Assembly (NCBI GenBank): GCA_965219415.1
Contig: OZ244742.1
Location: 1,248,001-1,312,000, forward strand
Direction: 5' to 3'
Source of the DNA: Candidatus Marinacidobacterales bacterium
Lineage (GTDB): Bacteria > Acidobacteriota > Vicinamibacteria > Marinacidobacterales > DATDRI01
Length of the DNA: 64,000 nucleotides
Part shown: positions 19,701 through 31,758 of the stretch, one piece after another
Numbering within the stretch: position 1 is the first letter of the stretch
How the letters are laid out: every line of letters starts with the position of its first letter
Position numbers and translations under genes: made by a program
Notes under the pieces: generated by a model
The model's input: the letters and a program-made list of their open reading frames with translations, nothing else
Told to the model about the DNA's origin: nothing
Databases searched by the model: none

Positions 19701-20940
19701 CCGATTGTCCTCCTGCCCAGCGGAAAGTGTACGGAGACCTCCGTACCCCGTGGCTCGAGACTGTCCACACGGATGACTCCGTTGTAATCCTTCACGATTC
19801 TATAGACGATGGCCAGACCTAGTCCGCTCCCCCGCTCGAACTTTCCGGAGAAGGGTCGGAATACCTGATGCACGTCACCCTGGCTCAGGCCAACGCCTTG
19901 GTCACGAAAAGCCATGACCACTTCCCCCGAGCCGTTGCGCTCGAGCTCTACCTCCAAGCGACCTCCCTCCGGCATCGCTTGAATGGCGTTGCGGGCTAAA
20001 TTCCAAGTTATCTGTTTCATGTGATTGGCATCGGCGAAGAGCTTCACCTCCGACTCGGGTAGCTTCAAGGCGATCTCGTGCTCCGGCTGAACTTCCGCGC
20101 TGTTTTCGAGCAGAGCAACCGTTTCCCCCACGACCTCCCGAAGGTCGATGTTGCGGGGCTCGAACTTCGGGGGCCTTGCGTAGACCAGGAACTCGTTCAA
20201 AATGGACGAGAGGCGCTCCGATTCCCTCACAATGATGTCCATCAATCGAGAATCGAGAATTTTCTCCCGCCAGGCCCAGCTCTTCCTCGAGGACCTGAAC
20301 GGAACCGCTGATGGACGCCAACGGGTTGCGGATCTCGTGAGCCATCCCCGCCGCCATCTCTCCCATCGTGGCGAGGTTTTCCTTTAGGCGGACCTCATTC
20401 TCCAACCGTTTGATCTCGGTGAGGTCCTGAAACGTAAAAAGGAATCCGCTCCTGCTCTCCCCCTTATAGAGGAGGTGGGAGACGCTCAACCCCAGGTAGA
20501 TCTCATCGCCATGCCCGTTCAGATAGGCCCCCTCCATCCGACAGTAGCGACGCACTTCCAACATCGAGTCGATGCGTTCGATGAAGCCTTCGTCTTCCCC
20601 GAGGAGCTCACCGGCCTTTTGACCCATCGCTTGCGCCGCCTTCACCTTGAGAATCGCCTGCGCGGCGTCGTTGAAGAAGTTGATGCGTCCTTCGGTATCG
20701 GTGGTCATCAAGCCCGAAGAGAGTGAGTCGATGACCGTTTGGTTGAAAGCTTGAAGGTCGGCGAGATGATCGGACGCCACCTCGAGCTCGCGGCCCGTCT
20801 CGCGGAGACTCTCGGAAAGATAGCTGGTGAGAAACCCTACGGTGAAGAAGAGAAACGTGTTCAGAAAGATCGTGAAGTGCACGGCCTTCGTTGGAAAGGA
20901 CGGCTGGCCTTCCAGGGAACGCCAGTCGTCGCGAAGAAAT
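19697..20940 (-). pseudogene. pilS: Sensor kinase PilS; N-terminal TM region missing and frameshifted by a 7-bp duplication
   Basis: PAS and AHEIRNPL in ORF 19902-20882; HATPase in ORF 19697-20245. The (AATCGAG)x2 at 20244-20257 separates the frames. Only one TM helix remains, directly after the pilC stop. Confidence 0.8.
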
Positions 20941-20949
20941 AGGATTAAC

Positions 20950-22149
20950 TCACAGCTGGTTGATCAAATGGAAGATAGGCAGGTACATCGAGATAACGAT
21001 TCCACCCACGACCGTACCCAGGAAGAGGATCAGGATCGGCTCCATCAGCGTCATCAAGTTAGCCACCGACTGATCCACTTCGTCTTCGTAGAAATCTGCG
21101 ATCTTCGAGAGCATAGTATCCAAGGCACCGGTTTGCTCGCCGACCGAGATCATTTGAACCACCATGGACGGAAAAACATCGGTCGCCTTGAGCGGCTGGG
21201 CGAGCGTCTGACCACCCTCGACGCTCTTCCGAGTGGTCATGATCGCGTCTTCGACGATGGCGTTACCCGCCGTCCGCGCAGTAATCTCCAGTCCGTCCAG
21301 GATGGGCACACCACTAGACATCAACGTGGCAAGCGTCCGGCAAAAACGGGCCACCGAAATTTTCCTGAGGATCAACCCCAGAACAGGCGCTTTCAACAGC
21401 AAACCATCGAGCACTCGCCTGCCCTTGTGGGTCGCATGGTAACGACGGATGCCGACTACCGTCCCGATTGAGCCCAAGACGAGAAACGGCAGGAGCCGAA
21501 CGAACCAGTTGGACATGGCGATGACGATTCGCGTGGGCAGAGGCAACTGCGCCCCGAGCCCGGCAAACAGAGCCGCGAAAGTCGGAATCACTTTCCAGAG
21601 AATGACACCCACCACCAAACCGGCGATGCTGACCACCGTCGCCGGATAGATCATCGCCGACTTCACTTGGGACTTCAGCTTGACATTTTTTTCTATATAG
21701 ATGGCCAGGCGTTTGAGAATCGTGTCCAAGATACCGCCAGCCTCGCCGGCGGCGATCATATTGGTATACAGATCATCAAATGCCTGAGGATGCTTTTTCA
21801 TAGCATCGGCTAGGGACGAACCGCCTTCCACGTCCTGACGCACGGCCAGAAGCACTTTCTGGAAGCTGGCATTGTCCTGCTGGGTCCCCAGGATCTCCAA
21901 GCACTGCACCAATGGGAGTCCGGCATCGATCATCACCGAGAACTGACGGGTGAAGATGGCAATGTCCTTGGACTTGATGCCGCCCCCCAACTTGGGAAGC
22001 GCCAACTCCTTGCCCTTCTCCTTGATGCTAGTGACCAGGACCTGCTCACGACGGAGCATGGCAATCACCGCGTCCTTGGAATCGGCGACCCTTTCTCCGC
22101 TGGTGGCCACGCCGCGACGCGTCTTGCCTTTCCAAACGTACGCCGGCAT
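20950..22149 (-). CDS. pilC: Type IV pilus platform protein
   Basis: FTRQFSVMIDAGLP, AGEAGGILD, AMIYP, GEQTGALD and LMEP. Confidence 0.95.
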   Translation of the reverse strand: MPAYVWKGKTRRGVATSGERVADSKDAVIAMLRREQVLVTSIKEKGKELALPKLGGGIKSKDIAIFTRQFSVMIDAGLPLVQCLEILGTQQDNASFQKVLLAVRQDVEGGSSLADAMKKHPQAFDDLYTNMIAAGEAGGILDTILKRLAIYIEKNVKLKSQVKSAMIYPATVVSIAGLVVGVILWKVIPTFAALFAGLGAQLPLPTRIVIAMSNWFVRLLPFLVLGSIGTVVGIRRYHATHKGRRVLDGLLLKAPVLGLILRKISVARFCRTLATLMSSGVPILDGLEITARTAGNAIVEDAIMTTRKSVEGGQTLAQPLKATDVFPSMVVQMISVGEQTGALDTMLSKIADFYEDEVDQSVANLMTLMEPILILFLGTVVGGIVISMYLPIFHLINQL

Positions 22150-22238
22150 CCTGTGCCTCCTTTACTCCTTCAAACCAATTAAACGGTTTTGGATGGCCTC
22201 TTACACTTGGCAACCTGACGTCCGGGGCCATCTGTTCT

Positions 22239-23366
22239 CTACCGACCGCCCCCGGCGCGGTTGCCCGCCATCTGCGGTCGGTGGCCACCGGAAATTCCGG
22301 CGCCCCGATTGATCATATCCTGGAGCTCATCCGGGATGGATGACATCGAGAGGGCCAATTGCAGCGTGATCTGCTTCTGAGCGTAGAGCGTTGACAAGCA
22401 TTGATTGAACGTCTGCATCCCGTGTTTTTCCTGGCCGGTCTGCATCGACGAATAAATCTGATGGATCTTGTCCTCACGAATCAGATTCCGGACTGCCGAA
22501 TTCGGAATCAGAATCTCCATCGCCAATACGCGGCCGGTTCCGCTCGCACGGGGTAGCAAGGTCTGACACATGATCCCCTCGAGCACGAACGAGAGTTGGG
22601 CTCGAATCTGGGGTTGCTGGTGCGCCGGGAAGACGTCGACGATACGGTTGATGGTTTGAGCGGCGGAGTTGGTATGCAGGGTAGCGAACGTCAAGTGGCC
22701 GGTCTCAGCGATGCGAAGCGCCGATTCTATGGTCTCGAGATCACGCATCTCTCCGATGAGCACCACGTCGGGATCCTCACGAAGCACGGATCGCAGCGCA
22801 TTGGGGAAACTGAGGGTGTCGGCATGGAGCTCACGCTGATTCACGATGCACTTCTGGTGGTTGTGCAAGTACTCGATGGGGTCTTCGATGGTGATGATGT
22901 GCTCGGCTCTTTCCTTGTTGACCTTGTCCAGCATGGCGGCAAGCGTCGTCGACTTGCCGCTCCCCGTCGGGCCGGTCACCAGCACCAACCCTCTCGGCTT
23001 GTCGCAGATCTGTGACACCACGGTCGGGAGTCCCAACTGCTTGAATCCGAGGATTTCGTAGGGAATCGTCCGATAAACGGCCGCCACCGATCCCCGTTGC
23101 ATGAACACGTTGGCGCGGAACCGTGCCAGATTCTTGATGCCGAACGAGAAATCCAGCTCGAGGTTCTCTTCAAAACGATGCTTTTGGTTGTCGGTGAGCA
23201 CACTGTAAGCGATCTGTTTCGTTTCCACCGAAGTGAGGGGAGGCATGTCGAGCGGACGAAGCTTGCCGTCCACCCGCACCTGAGGCGCCGAGTTATTGGT
23301 CACGTGTAGATCGGACCCGCCCATCTCGAGCATCGTCTTCAGCAACTGATGAAGGCTAACCGCCAT
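22239..23366 (-). CDS. pilT: Pilus retraction ATPase
   Basis: GSDLH, GPTGSGKSTT, EDPIE, TGHL..TLHT and the AVRNLIRE motif. Confidence 0.95.
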   Translation of the reverse strand: MAVSLHQLLKTMLEMGGSDLHVTNNSAPQVRVDGKLRPLDMPPLTSVETKQIAYSVLTDNQKHRFEENLELDFSFGIKNLARFRANVFMQRGSVAAVYRTIPYEILGFKQLGLPTVVSQICDKPRGLVLVTGPTGSGKSTTLAAMLDKVNKERAEHIITIEDPIEYLHNHQKCIVNQRELHADTLSFPNALRSVLREDPDVVLIGEMRDLETIESALRIAETGHLTFATLHTNSAAQTINRIVDVFPAHQQPQIRAQLSFVLEGIMCQTLLPRASGTGRVLAMEILIPNSAVRNLIREDKIHQIYSSMQTGQEKHGMQTFNQCLSTLYAQKQITLQLALSMSSIPDELQDMINRGAGISGGHRPQMAGNRAGGGR

Positions 23367-23493
23367 ATCTTGACCTCACTGATATTCTTTCTGGAATCCC
23401 TGTCAAGTCATGTCAAGTTTGTCACGTTAACTTGCCGCCCAAGAGTTTACCGGCGAGCATCCAAAGTGGTCCGCCCCCAGATCCTCCAAGGAA

Positions 23494-25209
23494 TTATTTT
23501 ACGGTCTCGCGAACGACCTCGTCGATGGTCGTCATGCCGTCCGCGATCTTCTGGAGTCCGCTCCGCCTGAGGGTGAGCATACCTTCCTCGACCGCTTGCT
23601 TCTTGATCTCCATCGACGAGGCACCCTCCAAGACCATCTGACGAATCTCGTCGGTGCACTCGAGGACTTCGTAGAGGCCTAGGCGCCCTTTGTATCCGGT
23701 GTTGTTGCAGGTCGTGCACCCCTTACCCTTGAAGATCGTAAGGTTCTTCGCCTCATCGGGCTCGAATCCGACATCGATGAGCGCCTGAGGAGGCACTTCC
23801 ATCGGCCCCCGGCACTCCTTGCAGATCTTTCGCACCAACCGTTGAGCACAAATCAGGTGGACCGACGTCGCCACCAGGAAAGGCTCGATGCCCATGTTCA
23901 TGAGTCGATTGATCGTTGAAGGAGCGTCATTAGTGTGCAACGTGGATAGAACCAAGTGGCCGGTCAAGGCGGCCTTGACCGCGATCTCGGCCGTTTCGAA
24001 GTCTCGAATCTCTCCGACCAAAACGATGTTGGGATCCTGACGGAGGAAAGAGCGCAGGGCGGCCGCGAAGTTCAAGCCGATCGACTCCTTCATCTGCACC
24101 TGGTTGATGCCTACCAAGTTGAACTCCACCGGATCTTCGGCGGTCATGATGTTAGTTTCGGGTGTGTTGAGCCGGCTGATCTCGGAATAGAGCGTATTCG
24201 TCTTGCCGCTGCCGGTCGGCCCCGTCACCAGTACCATCCCCCACGGCTTGAGGATGGCCTCTTCGAAATGCTTCAACGAAGCAACCTCGAAACCCAGCTT
24301 GGTCATGTCGAGCATGAGGTTTTCTTTGTCGAGCAATCGAAGCACAACCTTCTCGCCAAAGAGGGTGGGCAGAGTCGAAACGCGGTAATCGAGCTCTCGC
24401 ATCTTGCCGTTGCTGTTCATTCGGATCTTGATCCGGCCATCTTGAGGGAGACGCTTCTCCGAGATGTCGAGCTTGGCCATAATCTTGAGACGCGAAGTGA
24501 TCGCGTCGCGAAGCTTCATCGGCGGGTTCATTACAACGTAGAGAACACCGTCGATGCGGAAGCGCACGCGAAACTCCCGCTCATACGGCTCGATGTGGAT
24601 ATCGCTCGCTCCCCGACGCAGCGCGTCGGTGAGGATCAAGTTGCATAGCTTGACGACCGGAGCTTCTTCGCTGGAGCGTTCCAGCTCTTCGAGGTCGATG
24701 TCCGAGGTCTCCTCGAGGACCTCGACGTCGCCGGCGTCGGTCTCGGCCAGCTCGCTCATGACTTCCCTGAGCTGCAAGGAATGCGCGGAGCCATAGTACT
24801 TGTCGATGGAATCCATGATGGCGGTTTCTGACGCCACGACCGGCTCGACGTTGTAGCCAGTCATGAATTTGATGTCGTCCATCGCGAAAACGTTCGTCGG
24901 ATCCACCATGGCGATGGTCAAGTTGGCGCCTGCTCTCGAAAGCGGAATGATCTGATACTTCTGGGCGGTCTCGGCGGGCACGAGCTTGATGACGGAAGGG
25001 TCGCTCTCGAATCGCGCGAGATTGATGGCCGGAACGCCGTACTGACGAGACAGCAAGCCGGTGATCTCCTCGTCCTTGACGAAGCCTAACTTGACGAGGT
25101 TGTACCCTAGCTTGCCACCGTGTTGTTTTTGATAGGTTAGGGCTTCTTGAAGTTGCTGGGGTGAAATCAGGTTTTCCTTAACCAGCAACTCGCCGAGCTT
25201 AATTGGCAT
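23494..25209 (-). CDS. pilB: Pilus assembly ATPase
   Basis: N-terminal MshEN-like repeat, ASDIHIEP, GPTGSGKT, LRQDP, and a CKEC/CTTC zinc site. Confidence 0.95.
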   Translation of the reverse strand: MPIKLGELLVKENLISPQQLQEALTYQKQHGGKLGYNLVKLGFVKDEEITGLLSRQYGVPAINLARFESDPSVIKLVPAETAQKYQIIPLSRAGANLTIAMVDPTNVFAMDDIKFMTGYNVEPVVASETAIMDSIDKYYGSAHSLQLREVMSELAETDAGDVEVLEETSDIDLEELERSSEEAPVVKLCNLILTDALRRGASDIHIEPYEREFRVRFRIDGVLYVVMNPPMKLRDAITSRLKIMAKLDISEKRLPQDGRIKIRMNSNGKMRELDYRVSTLPTLFGEKVVLRLLDKENLMLDMTKLGFEVASLKHFEEAILKPWGMVLVTGPTGSGKTNTLYSEISRLNTPETNIMTAEDPVEFNLVGINQVQMKESIGLNFAAALRSFLRQDPNIVLVGEIRDFETAEIAVKAALTGHLVLSTLHTNDAPSTINRLMNMGIEPFLVATSVHLICAQRLVRKICKECRGPMEVPPQALIDVGFEPDEAKNLTIFKGKGCTTCNNTGYKGRLGLYEVLECTDEIRQMVLEGASSMEIKKQAVEEGMLTLRRSGLQKIADGMTTIDEVVRETVK

Positions 25210-25292
25210 CCACTACTCCGCTCGAACTCGATCTGGCCGGAGGCCTTAAGTTTCTCTGTTCACTATGGATTACCGGAATAGCGTGTTCAAAT

Positions 25293-25321
25293 ACTTTAAC
25301 CTCCGGGTCGAGAATTGTCAA
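25293..25321 (-). promoter_or_regulatory. Sigma-70 promoter of pilB operon
   Basis: Minus strand TTGACA-17 bp-TAAAGT. Confidence 0.6.
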
Positions 25322-25423
25322 GGGAGAACCCATATCGGGGGGCCGGGAAGCCAGTAATGGCGGGGCTTACCGCGTGTCTGGGGGTCCGGACCCGCTTCAG
25401 AATAGCACAGTTCCCGACACCTC

Positions 25424-26488
25424 TCAGCGGCTGAGACTGACCCCTAGCCAAAGGGCTCCTTGCCGCCTTTTCGTGCTCGTCATCACACCGAGATCAACGA
25501 TCACCATGGCAATTCGAACGCCAACCCCGAGAGAAACGCCCGGTCGTGTCATTGAACCGGCGGCGAGCTCAGTCCTCAAACCACCACGCACCGCCACCCG
25601 CCGACTTCCCCAAGCCTTTTCGACACCGACCGAAAGCTCGCGCCAGTGCTGAGTGCTCCCTGCCGGAGAAGATACCGGAGGAGACCACGGAGAATCCCGC
25701 GAAGTCAGATCGGCGTCGACCGCGACAAGAAAGTCGGACTCCAACATGAACGCCACGCCGGCGCGCGCATGTGTGGGCAGAACGATCTCATTGTCGCTTT
25801 CGGTGTGAAACGTGGGCTCGGTAAGGTTTCGTGCCATGAGACCGAGCCGGAGCCAGTCGTTCGGTTGGTAGAGAAGACCAAGGTCTAGACCAAACTCGTT
25901 TTCGATCCGGCCCTCGCCGGCGACAGCTCGATCTACTAGATCGCCAACATTGCGGTTGGCGGTTGGAACAAAGCTAGCCGGCTCACCCTGCTCGAACGCC
26001 GTACCGCGGATCAACCTGGCATTGACACCCACCGTCAACTCATCCAAAGGCAGCGATTGTACGAGCGAGACCGCAACATCCAACGTCTCGAGTCCTCGCG
26101 AATGGAGTACGTCGTCCTCTAGGAAGGAGGAGGTTTCCGTTAAACCCGTTACAGCAACACCCAACATGGTGAAGCTAGTCGAAGAGCCTATCCCATCGCC
26201 GGCATCCAGAACCGAATTGTCGCCGGGAAGCCCCTGCCGAACACCGTTCACCAGTTCGTTGCGATCTTGAAAAGAAGTGCCGGCATAGAACCCGGCTCGA
26301 ATGAGGTTTCCATATACGATTCCGGCCGGATTCCAATGAAAGGCCGTTGAATCGTCGGCCACCGCCGTGAAGGCACCGGCGAGGCCAGTTGCTCGTGCCC
26401 CCAAAAACGGTGCTGACGTGTCAGCACTGGTGCTGCGCGCCATGACCAAGAGGCAAACAATCAACAGGGTCGCCGAGGCTCGCAACAT
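25424..26488 (-). CDS. Outer-membrane beta-barrel of the TraF/PorV/FadL-like superfamily
   Basis: Signal peptide, GARATGLAGAFTAVADDSTAFHWNPAG, GLDLGLLY and amphipathic strands. Confidence 0.7.
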   Translation of the reverse strand: MLRASATLLIVCLLVMARSTSADTSAPFLGARATGLAGAFTAVADDSTAFHWNPAGIVYGNLIRAGFYAGTSFQDRNELVNGVRQGLPGDNSVLDAGDGIGSSTSFTMLGVAVTGLTETSSFLEDDVLHSRGLETLDVAVSLVQSLPLDELTVGVNARLIRGTAFEQGEPASFVPTANRNVGDLVDRAVAGEGRIENEFGLDLGLLYQPNDWLRLGLMARNLTEPTFHTESDNEIVLPTHARAGVAFMLESDFLVAVDADLTSRDSPWSPPVSSPAGSTQHWRELSVGVEKAWGSRRVAVRGGLRTELAAGSMTRPGVSLGVGVRIAMVIVDLGVMTSTKRRQGALWLGVSLSR

Positions 26489-26554
26489 CCGACCACTATA
26501 ACTCCCGAGGGGAAACCGTTGCCAATGGTGACGATGTCAAAAACGAAATCGTTG

Positions 26555-26584
26555 TTGACACCGAAGATCCGGCGAGGATATGAT
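26555..26584 (+). promoter_or_regulatory. Sigma-70 promoter of the kdsB-pyrG operon
   Basis: TTGACA-18 bp-TATGAT. Confidence 0.55.
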
Positions 26585-26625
26585 TGCGAGTGCGCTACAA
26601 AGTCACCACAACATTTTCTGGTTGA

Positions 26626-27444
26626 ATGCGGACAATAGCGGTCATACCTGCCCGCTTCCACTCTGAGCGTCTCCCCGGAAAGCCTCTCGCCGATCTCGGC
26701 GGCCGCCCTTTGGTGGAACACGTATACCGGCGTTCCTCGGAGGCACGTCTGATCGATCGAGTGCTCGTTGCTACCGATGATTCCAGGATTCGAGACGCGG
26801 TGACTTCCTTCGGCGGCGAATGCGTCCTTACCTCCCCCAACCATCCGAGCGGAACGGACCGGGTGGCGGAAGCGGTGGCCGATATCGAAGTCGATTTGGT
26901 GGTCAACATTCAAGGGGACGAGCCCTTCCTCGAAGCGCAAGACATCGATCTAGTCGTGGGCGCGTGCCAACCGAGCGAAACGGGCCCAGTGATTGCAACG
27001 CTCGCCAGTCCGATCGCAACCCCAGAAGAGTTCAGCGATCCCAACACCGTCAAGGTGGTGGTCGACCGACGCGGCTTTGCTCTTTATTTTTCTCGCGCGC
27101 CGATCCCGTTCGTGGCGACGACACAAATGAGCGGCGATACACGGCGCCCCCGTTTCGACCAAGGTGAAGACGCCGGGCTCGGCTCGTGCTTCAAGCACGT
27201 CGGCCTATATGTGTACCCGAAACCGGTTTTGCAAGAGCTCACCCGCTTCGAACCGAGCCCATTGGAGCGCATCGAGAGGCTCGAGCAGCTCCGCGCTTTG
27301 GAAAACGGCATTCCTATTCGGGTCGAGATTACCGAGAGCGTGAGTGTCGGCATCGATACGCCGGCCGATCTCAAGCGAGCGAGAGAGTTGCTTAGGAAAT
27401 TGTGTAGTCAGTCCGGAGACACCGCTCGCCGGTCTCTCCAATAA
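26626..27444 (+). CDS. kdsB: 3-deoxy-manno-octulosonate cytidylyltransferase
   Basis: IPARFHSERLPGKPL, SGTDR, NIQGDEP, LEQLRALE and GIDT. Confidence 0.95.
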   Translation: MRTIAVIPARFHSERLPGKPLADLGGRPLVEHVYRRSSEARLIDRVLVATDDSRIRDAVTSFGGECVLTSPNHPSGTDRVAEAVADIEVDLVVNIQGDEPFLEAQDIDLVVGACQPSETGPVIATLASPIATPEEFSDPNTVKVVVDRRGFALYFSRAPIPFVATTQMSGDTRRPRFDQGEDAGLGSCFKHVGLYVYPKPVLQELTRFEPSPLERIERLEQLRALENGIPIRVEITESVSVGIDTPADLKRARELLRKLCSQSGDTARRSLQ

Positions 27445-29187
<1,743 letters not shown>

Positions 29188-29270
29188 CGCCGGGGGCCAC
29201 CGGGACAGGTCAGTTTCGGCCTCAGTCAGCCCGTTCAAGGCCAGTTCAGGTTAAGATGGGCCCGAGATCC

Positions 29271-30116
29271 ATGCCAACAGACGATCGAACCCGCGCTGTG
29301 CGTGTCGCTGACACCACCTTTGGGGCCGGCCATCCGTTCGTCCTCATCGCGGGCCCCTGTGTCATCGAAGACGACCGCCATCCGTTCTACATGGCCGAGC
29401 AACTCAAGTCCATCGCTCGCGAGGCGGAGGTTCCCTTCATCTTCAAGGCTTCGTTCGACAAGGCGAACCGAACCGCGGTGGATTCCTTTCGTGGTCCGGG
29501 CCTCGAGGACGGCCTCGCTGTACTCGGTGAGATCCGTCATAAACTCGAGCTTCCCGTGACGACCGACGTTCACGAACCCGAGCAAGCCGAGGCAGTCGCA
29601 GAGGTCGTGGACCTCTTGCAGATCCCTGCATTTCTCTGCCGCCAGACCGACCTCATCACGGCCTCGGCTCGAACCGGTAAGCCGATCAACATCAAGAAGG
29701 GGCAGTTCCTGGCCCCCTGGGATATGGCTCACACCGCCGACAAGGCTCGTGCCACCGGGAACGAGGACGTTCTTCTGACCGAACGCGGAACTAGTTTTGG
29801 GTACAACAATCTCGTGGTCGATGTGCGCGGCTTCTCTGTCATGCGCGAGACCGGATGCCCGGTCGTGTTCGACGTGACCCACAGCCTGCAGCTACCCGGG
29901 GGGGCAGGCAAAACGTCCGGAGGGCAGTCTCGCTTCATCGCCGAGCTCGCCTCTGCGGGCGTCGCCGCTGGGGTAGACGGCATTTTCATGGAGGTACACG
30001 ACCGCCCGGATCAAGCTCGCTCGGATGGACCCAATAGTTGCCCACTCGATAAATTGGCGTCAGTCCTGAAACGCCTCAAAACCATCGAACGGGCGGTCCG
30101 AGAGGGTGGGTCATGA
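29271..30116 (+). CDS. kdsA: KDO-8-phosphate synthase
   Basis: IAGPCVIE, KASFDKANRT, IKKGQF and SDGP. Confidence 0.96.
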   Translation: MPTDDRTRAVRVADTTFGAGHPFVLIAGPCVIEDDRHPFYMAEQLKSIAREAEVPFIFKASFDKANRTAVDSFRGPGLEDGLAVLGEIRHKLELPVTTDVHEPEQAEAVAEVVDLLQIPAFLCRQTDLITASARTGKPINIKKGQFLAPWDMAHTADKARATGNEDVLLTERGTSFGYNNLVVDVRGFSVMRETGCPVVFDVTHSLQLPGGAGKTSGGQSRFIAELASAGVAAGVDGIFMEVHDRPDQARSDGPNSCPLDKLASVLKRLKTIERAVREGGS

Positions 30117-31072
30117 GCCTGGAGCTTGCACGCAGGGTTCTGACCATTGAGGCCCGCGCGATCGAGAAACTCATCGAGAGACTGGACGAGAATTTCGCCC
30201 GTGCGGTAGAGCTGGTGTCCAATTGTCAGGGTCGGGTCGTGGTGACCGGCATGGGAAAGTCCGGAATCATTTGCCGCAAAATCGCGGCAACCCTGAACAG
30301 CACCGGAACGCCGTCGGTGTTCCTTCATCCCGCCGAAGCACTCCACGGTGACCTCGGAATGGTGGTCAAAGACGATGCTGTCGTCGCCGTCTCCAACAGT
30401 GGCGAGACCGAAGAGCTGGTGCAGCTACTCGAGACTCTCAAGCGTCTCCGCGTGCCCCTGCTCTCACTCCTTGGTCGCACACGCTCGACATTGGGTAATG
30501 CCTCCGACGTGGTTCTGGATGTCTCGGTAGATGAAGAGGCCTGCCCAATGGGCCTGGCACCTACCGCTAGCACCACTGCCCTCCTCGCCTTGGGCGACGC
30601 CTTGGCGATGGCAGTGTTGGAAAAGAAAGGGTTCACTACCGAAGACTTCGCGGTGCTCCACCCGCGTGGTCAGTTGGGGTTCAAGCTCCGAAGAGTCGAA
30701 AACCTGATGCACACCGGAGAGGAGCTCCCAAAGGTGAAGACGGATGCGCTGATGCGCGACGTGATATACGAGATGTCTCGCAAGGGGCTCGGTGTCACCA
30801 GCGTGGTCGACGACAATCAGAAACTCGTCGGCGTCATATCCGACGGTGACTTGCGTCGCCAACTCGGCAAAGATGCGGAACTCTTGGGCCGGAAGGCCGG
30901 TGAGTGCATGACTCACGATCCAGCAACGATCGACCGTAAGGAGCTCGCCACGAGCGCCCTCGCCCTCATGGAGGACCGCAAGATCACGTCCCTCCTCGTC
31001 CCTGATGGGGTTGGCGGTATCGCGGGCATTATTCACCTCCACGATTTGTGGAGACTCGGCCAATATTTTTGA
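30113..31072 (+). CDS. kdsD: Arabinose-5-phosphate isomerase (KpsF/GutQ, SIS+CBS)
   Basis: TGMGKSG, EALHGDLG, EACPMGLAPTAST and CBS domains. Confidence 0.94.
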   Translation: MSLELARRVLTIEARAIEKLIERLDENFARAVELVSNCQGRVVVTGMGKSGIICRKIAATLNSTGTPSVFLHPAEALHGDLGMVVKDDAVVAVSNSGETEELVQLLETLKRLRVPLLSLLGRTRSTLGNASDVVLDVSVDEEACPMGLAPTASTTALLALGDALAMAVLEKKGFTTEDFAVLHPRGQLGFKLRRVENLMHTGEELPKVKTDALMRDVIYEMSRKGLGVTSVVDDNQKLVGVISDGDLRRQLGKDAELLGRKAGECMTHDPATIDRKELATSALALMEDRKITSLLVPDGVGGIAGIIHLHDLWRLGQYF

Positions 31073-31129
31073 AGAGTACTGGTGGGCTGACGCGCGTGAG
31101 GGCCGCCAAACTAGGTTATTGCTGAAGCC

Positions 31130-31220
31130 CGACGTGGCCAGGCGGCGGGACCTAGCCGAAGCCGTGGGCGCTAGAGGAGCCTGCCACGGCGTAGGCGGGA
31201 GCGAGCGAAGAGCGAGCACT
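31130..31220. repeat. REP-like GC-rich palindromic intergenic element
   Basis: GCCGAAGCCGTGGG...GCCTGCCACGGCGTAGGC forms an imperfect stem; similar GGCGG/CGAAG elements occur at 35156-35184 and near 15755-15800. Confidence 0.4.
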
Positions 31221-31231
31221 AGGTTAAGACT

Positions 31232-31756
31232 GTGGACAATATCTTTAGAGAAAAAGCGAAGAAGATCCAAATGCTCCTCCTCGACGTAGACGGGGTCCTC
31301 ACCGACGGCACGTTCGAGCGACACGGCAGCGAAGAGGTGAAGCGCTTCCATTCCCGTGACGGCATCGGACTCGTGCTGGCCCGAAAGGCAGGGTTAAAGG
31401 TCGGGCTCATCTCTGGCCGCAAGTCTACGGCGGTGACCCACCGGGCCAAGGAGCTGAAGTTGGACTTCGTCCGCCTGGGCGCCGGTGATAAGCTAGCCGC
31501 TCTTCAGGAAGCACTCGGTCAGGAAGGACTGTCACAGGAAAAGGTCGCGTTCATGGGTGACGACCTTCCTGATCTGCCAGTCTTGAGTCGAGTTGGACTC
31601 TCCGCGACGGTCGCGGACGCCCATCCCGAGGTCAGAGCGCGCGTCGACCTCGTGACTCGGGCGAGAGGAGGTTCCGGCGCGGTGCGAGAGCTCGTCGATC
31701 AAATCCTGACCGCCAAGGGAATGCTCGAAAACCTAGTCCAAGAATATTTGAGGTAG
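31232..31756 (+). CDS. kdsC: KDO-8-phosphate phosphatase (HAD)
   Basis: LDVDGVLTDG, RDGIG, GDDLPD and GGSGAVRE. Confidence 0.93.
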   Translation: MDNIFREKAKKIQMLLLDVDGVLTDGTFERHGSEEVKRFHSRDGIGLVLARKAGLKVGLISGRKSTAVTHRAKELKLDFVRLGAGDKLAALQEALGQEGLSQEKVAFMGDDLPDLPVLSRVGLSATVADAHPEVRARVDLVTRARGGSGAVRELVDQILTAKGMLENLVQEYLR

Positions 31757-31758
31757 CC

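Noticed and set aside
25424-26488. Conjugative element implied by a TraF-like gene
   Set aside because: There is no relaxase, VirB4, coupling protein or integrase, and the flanks are core chromosomal genes.
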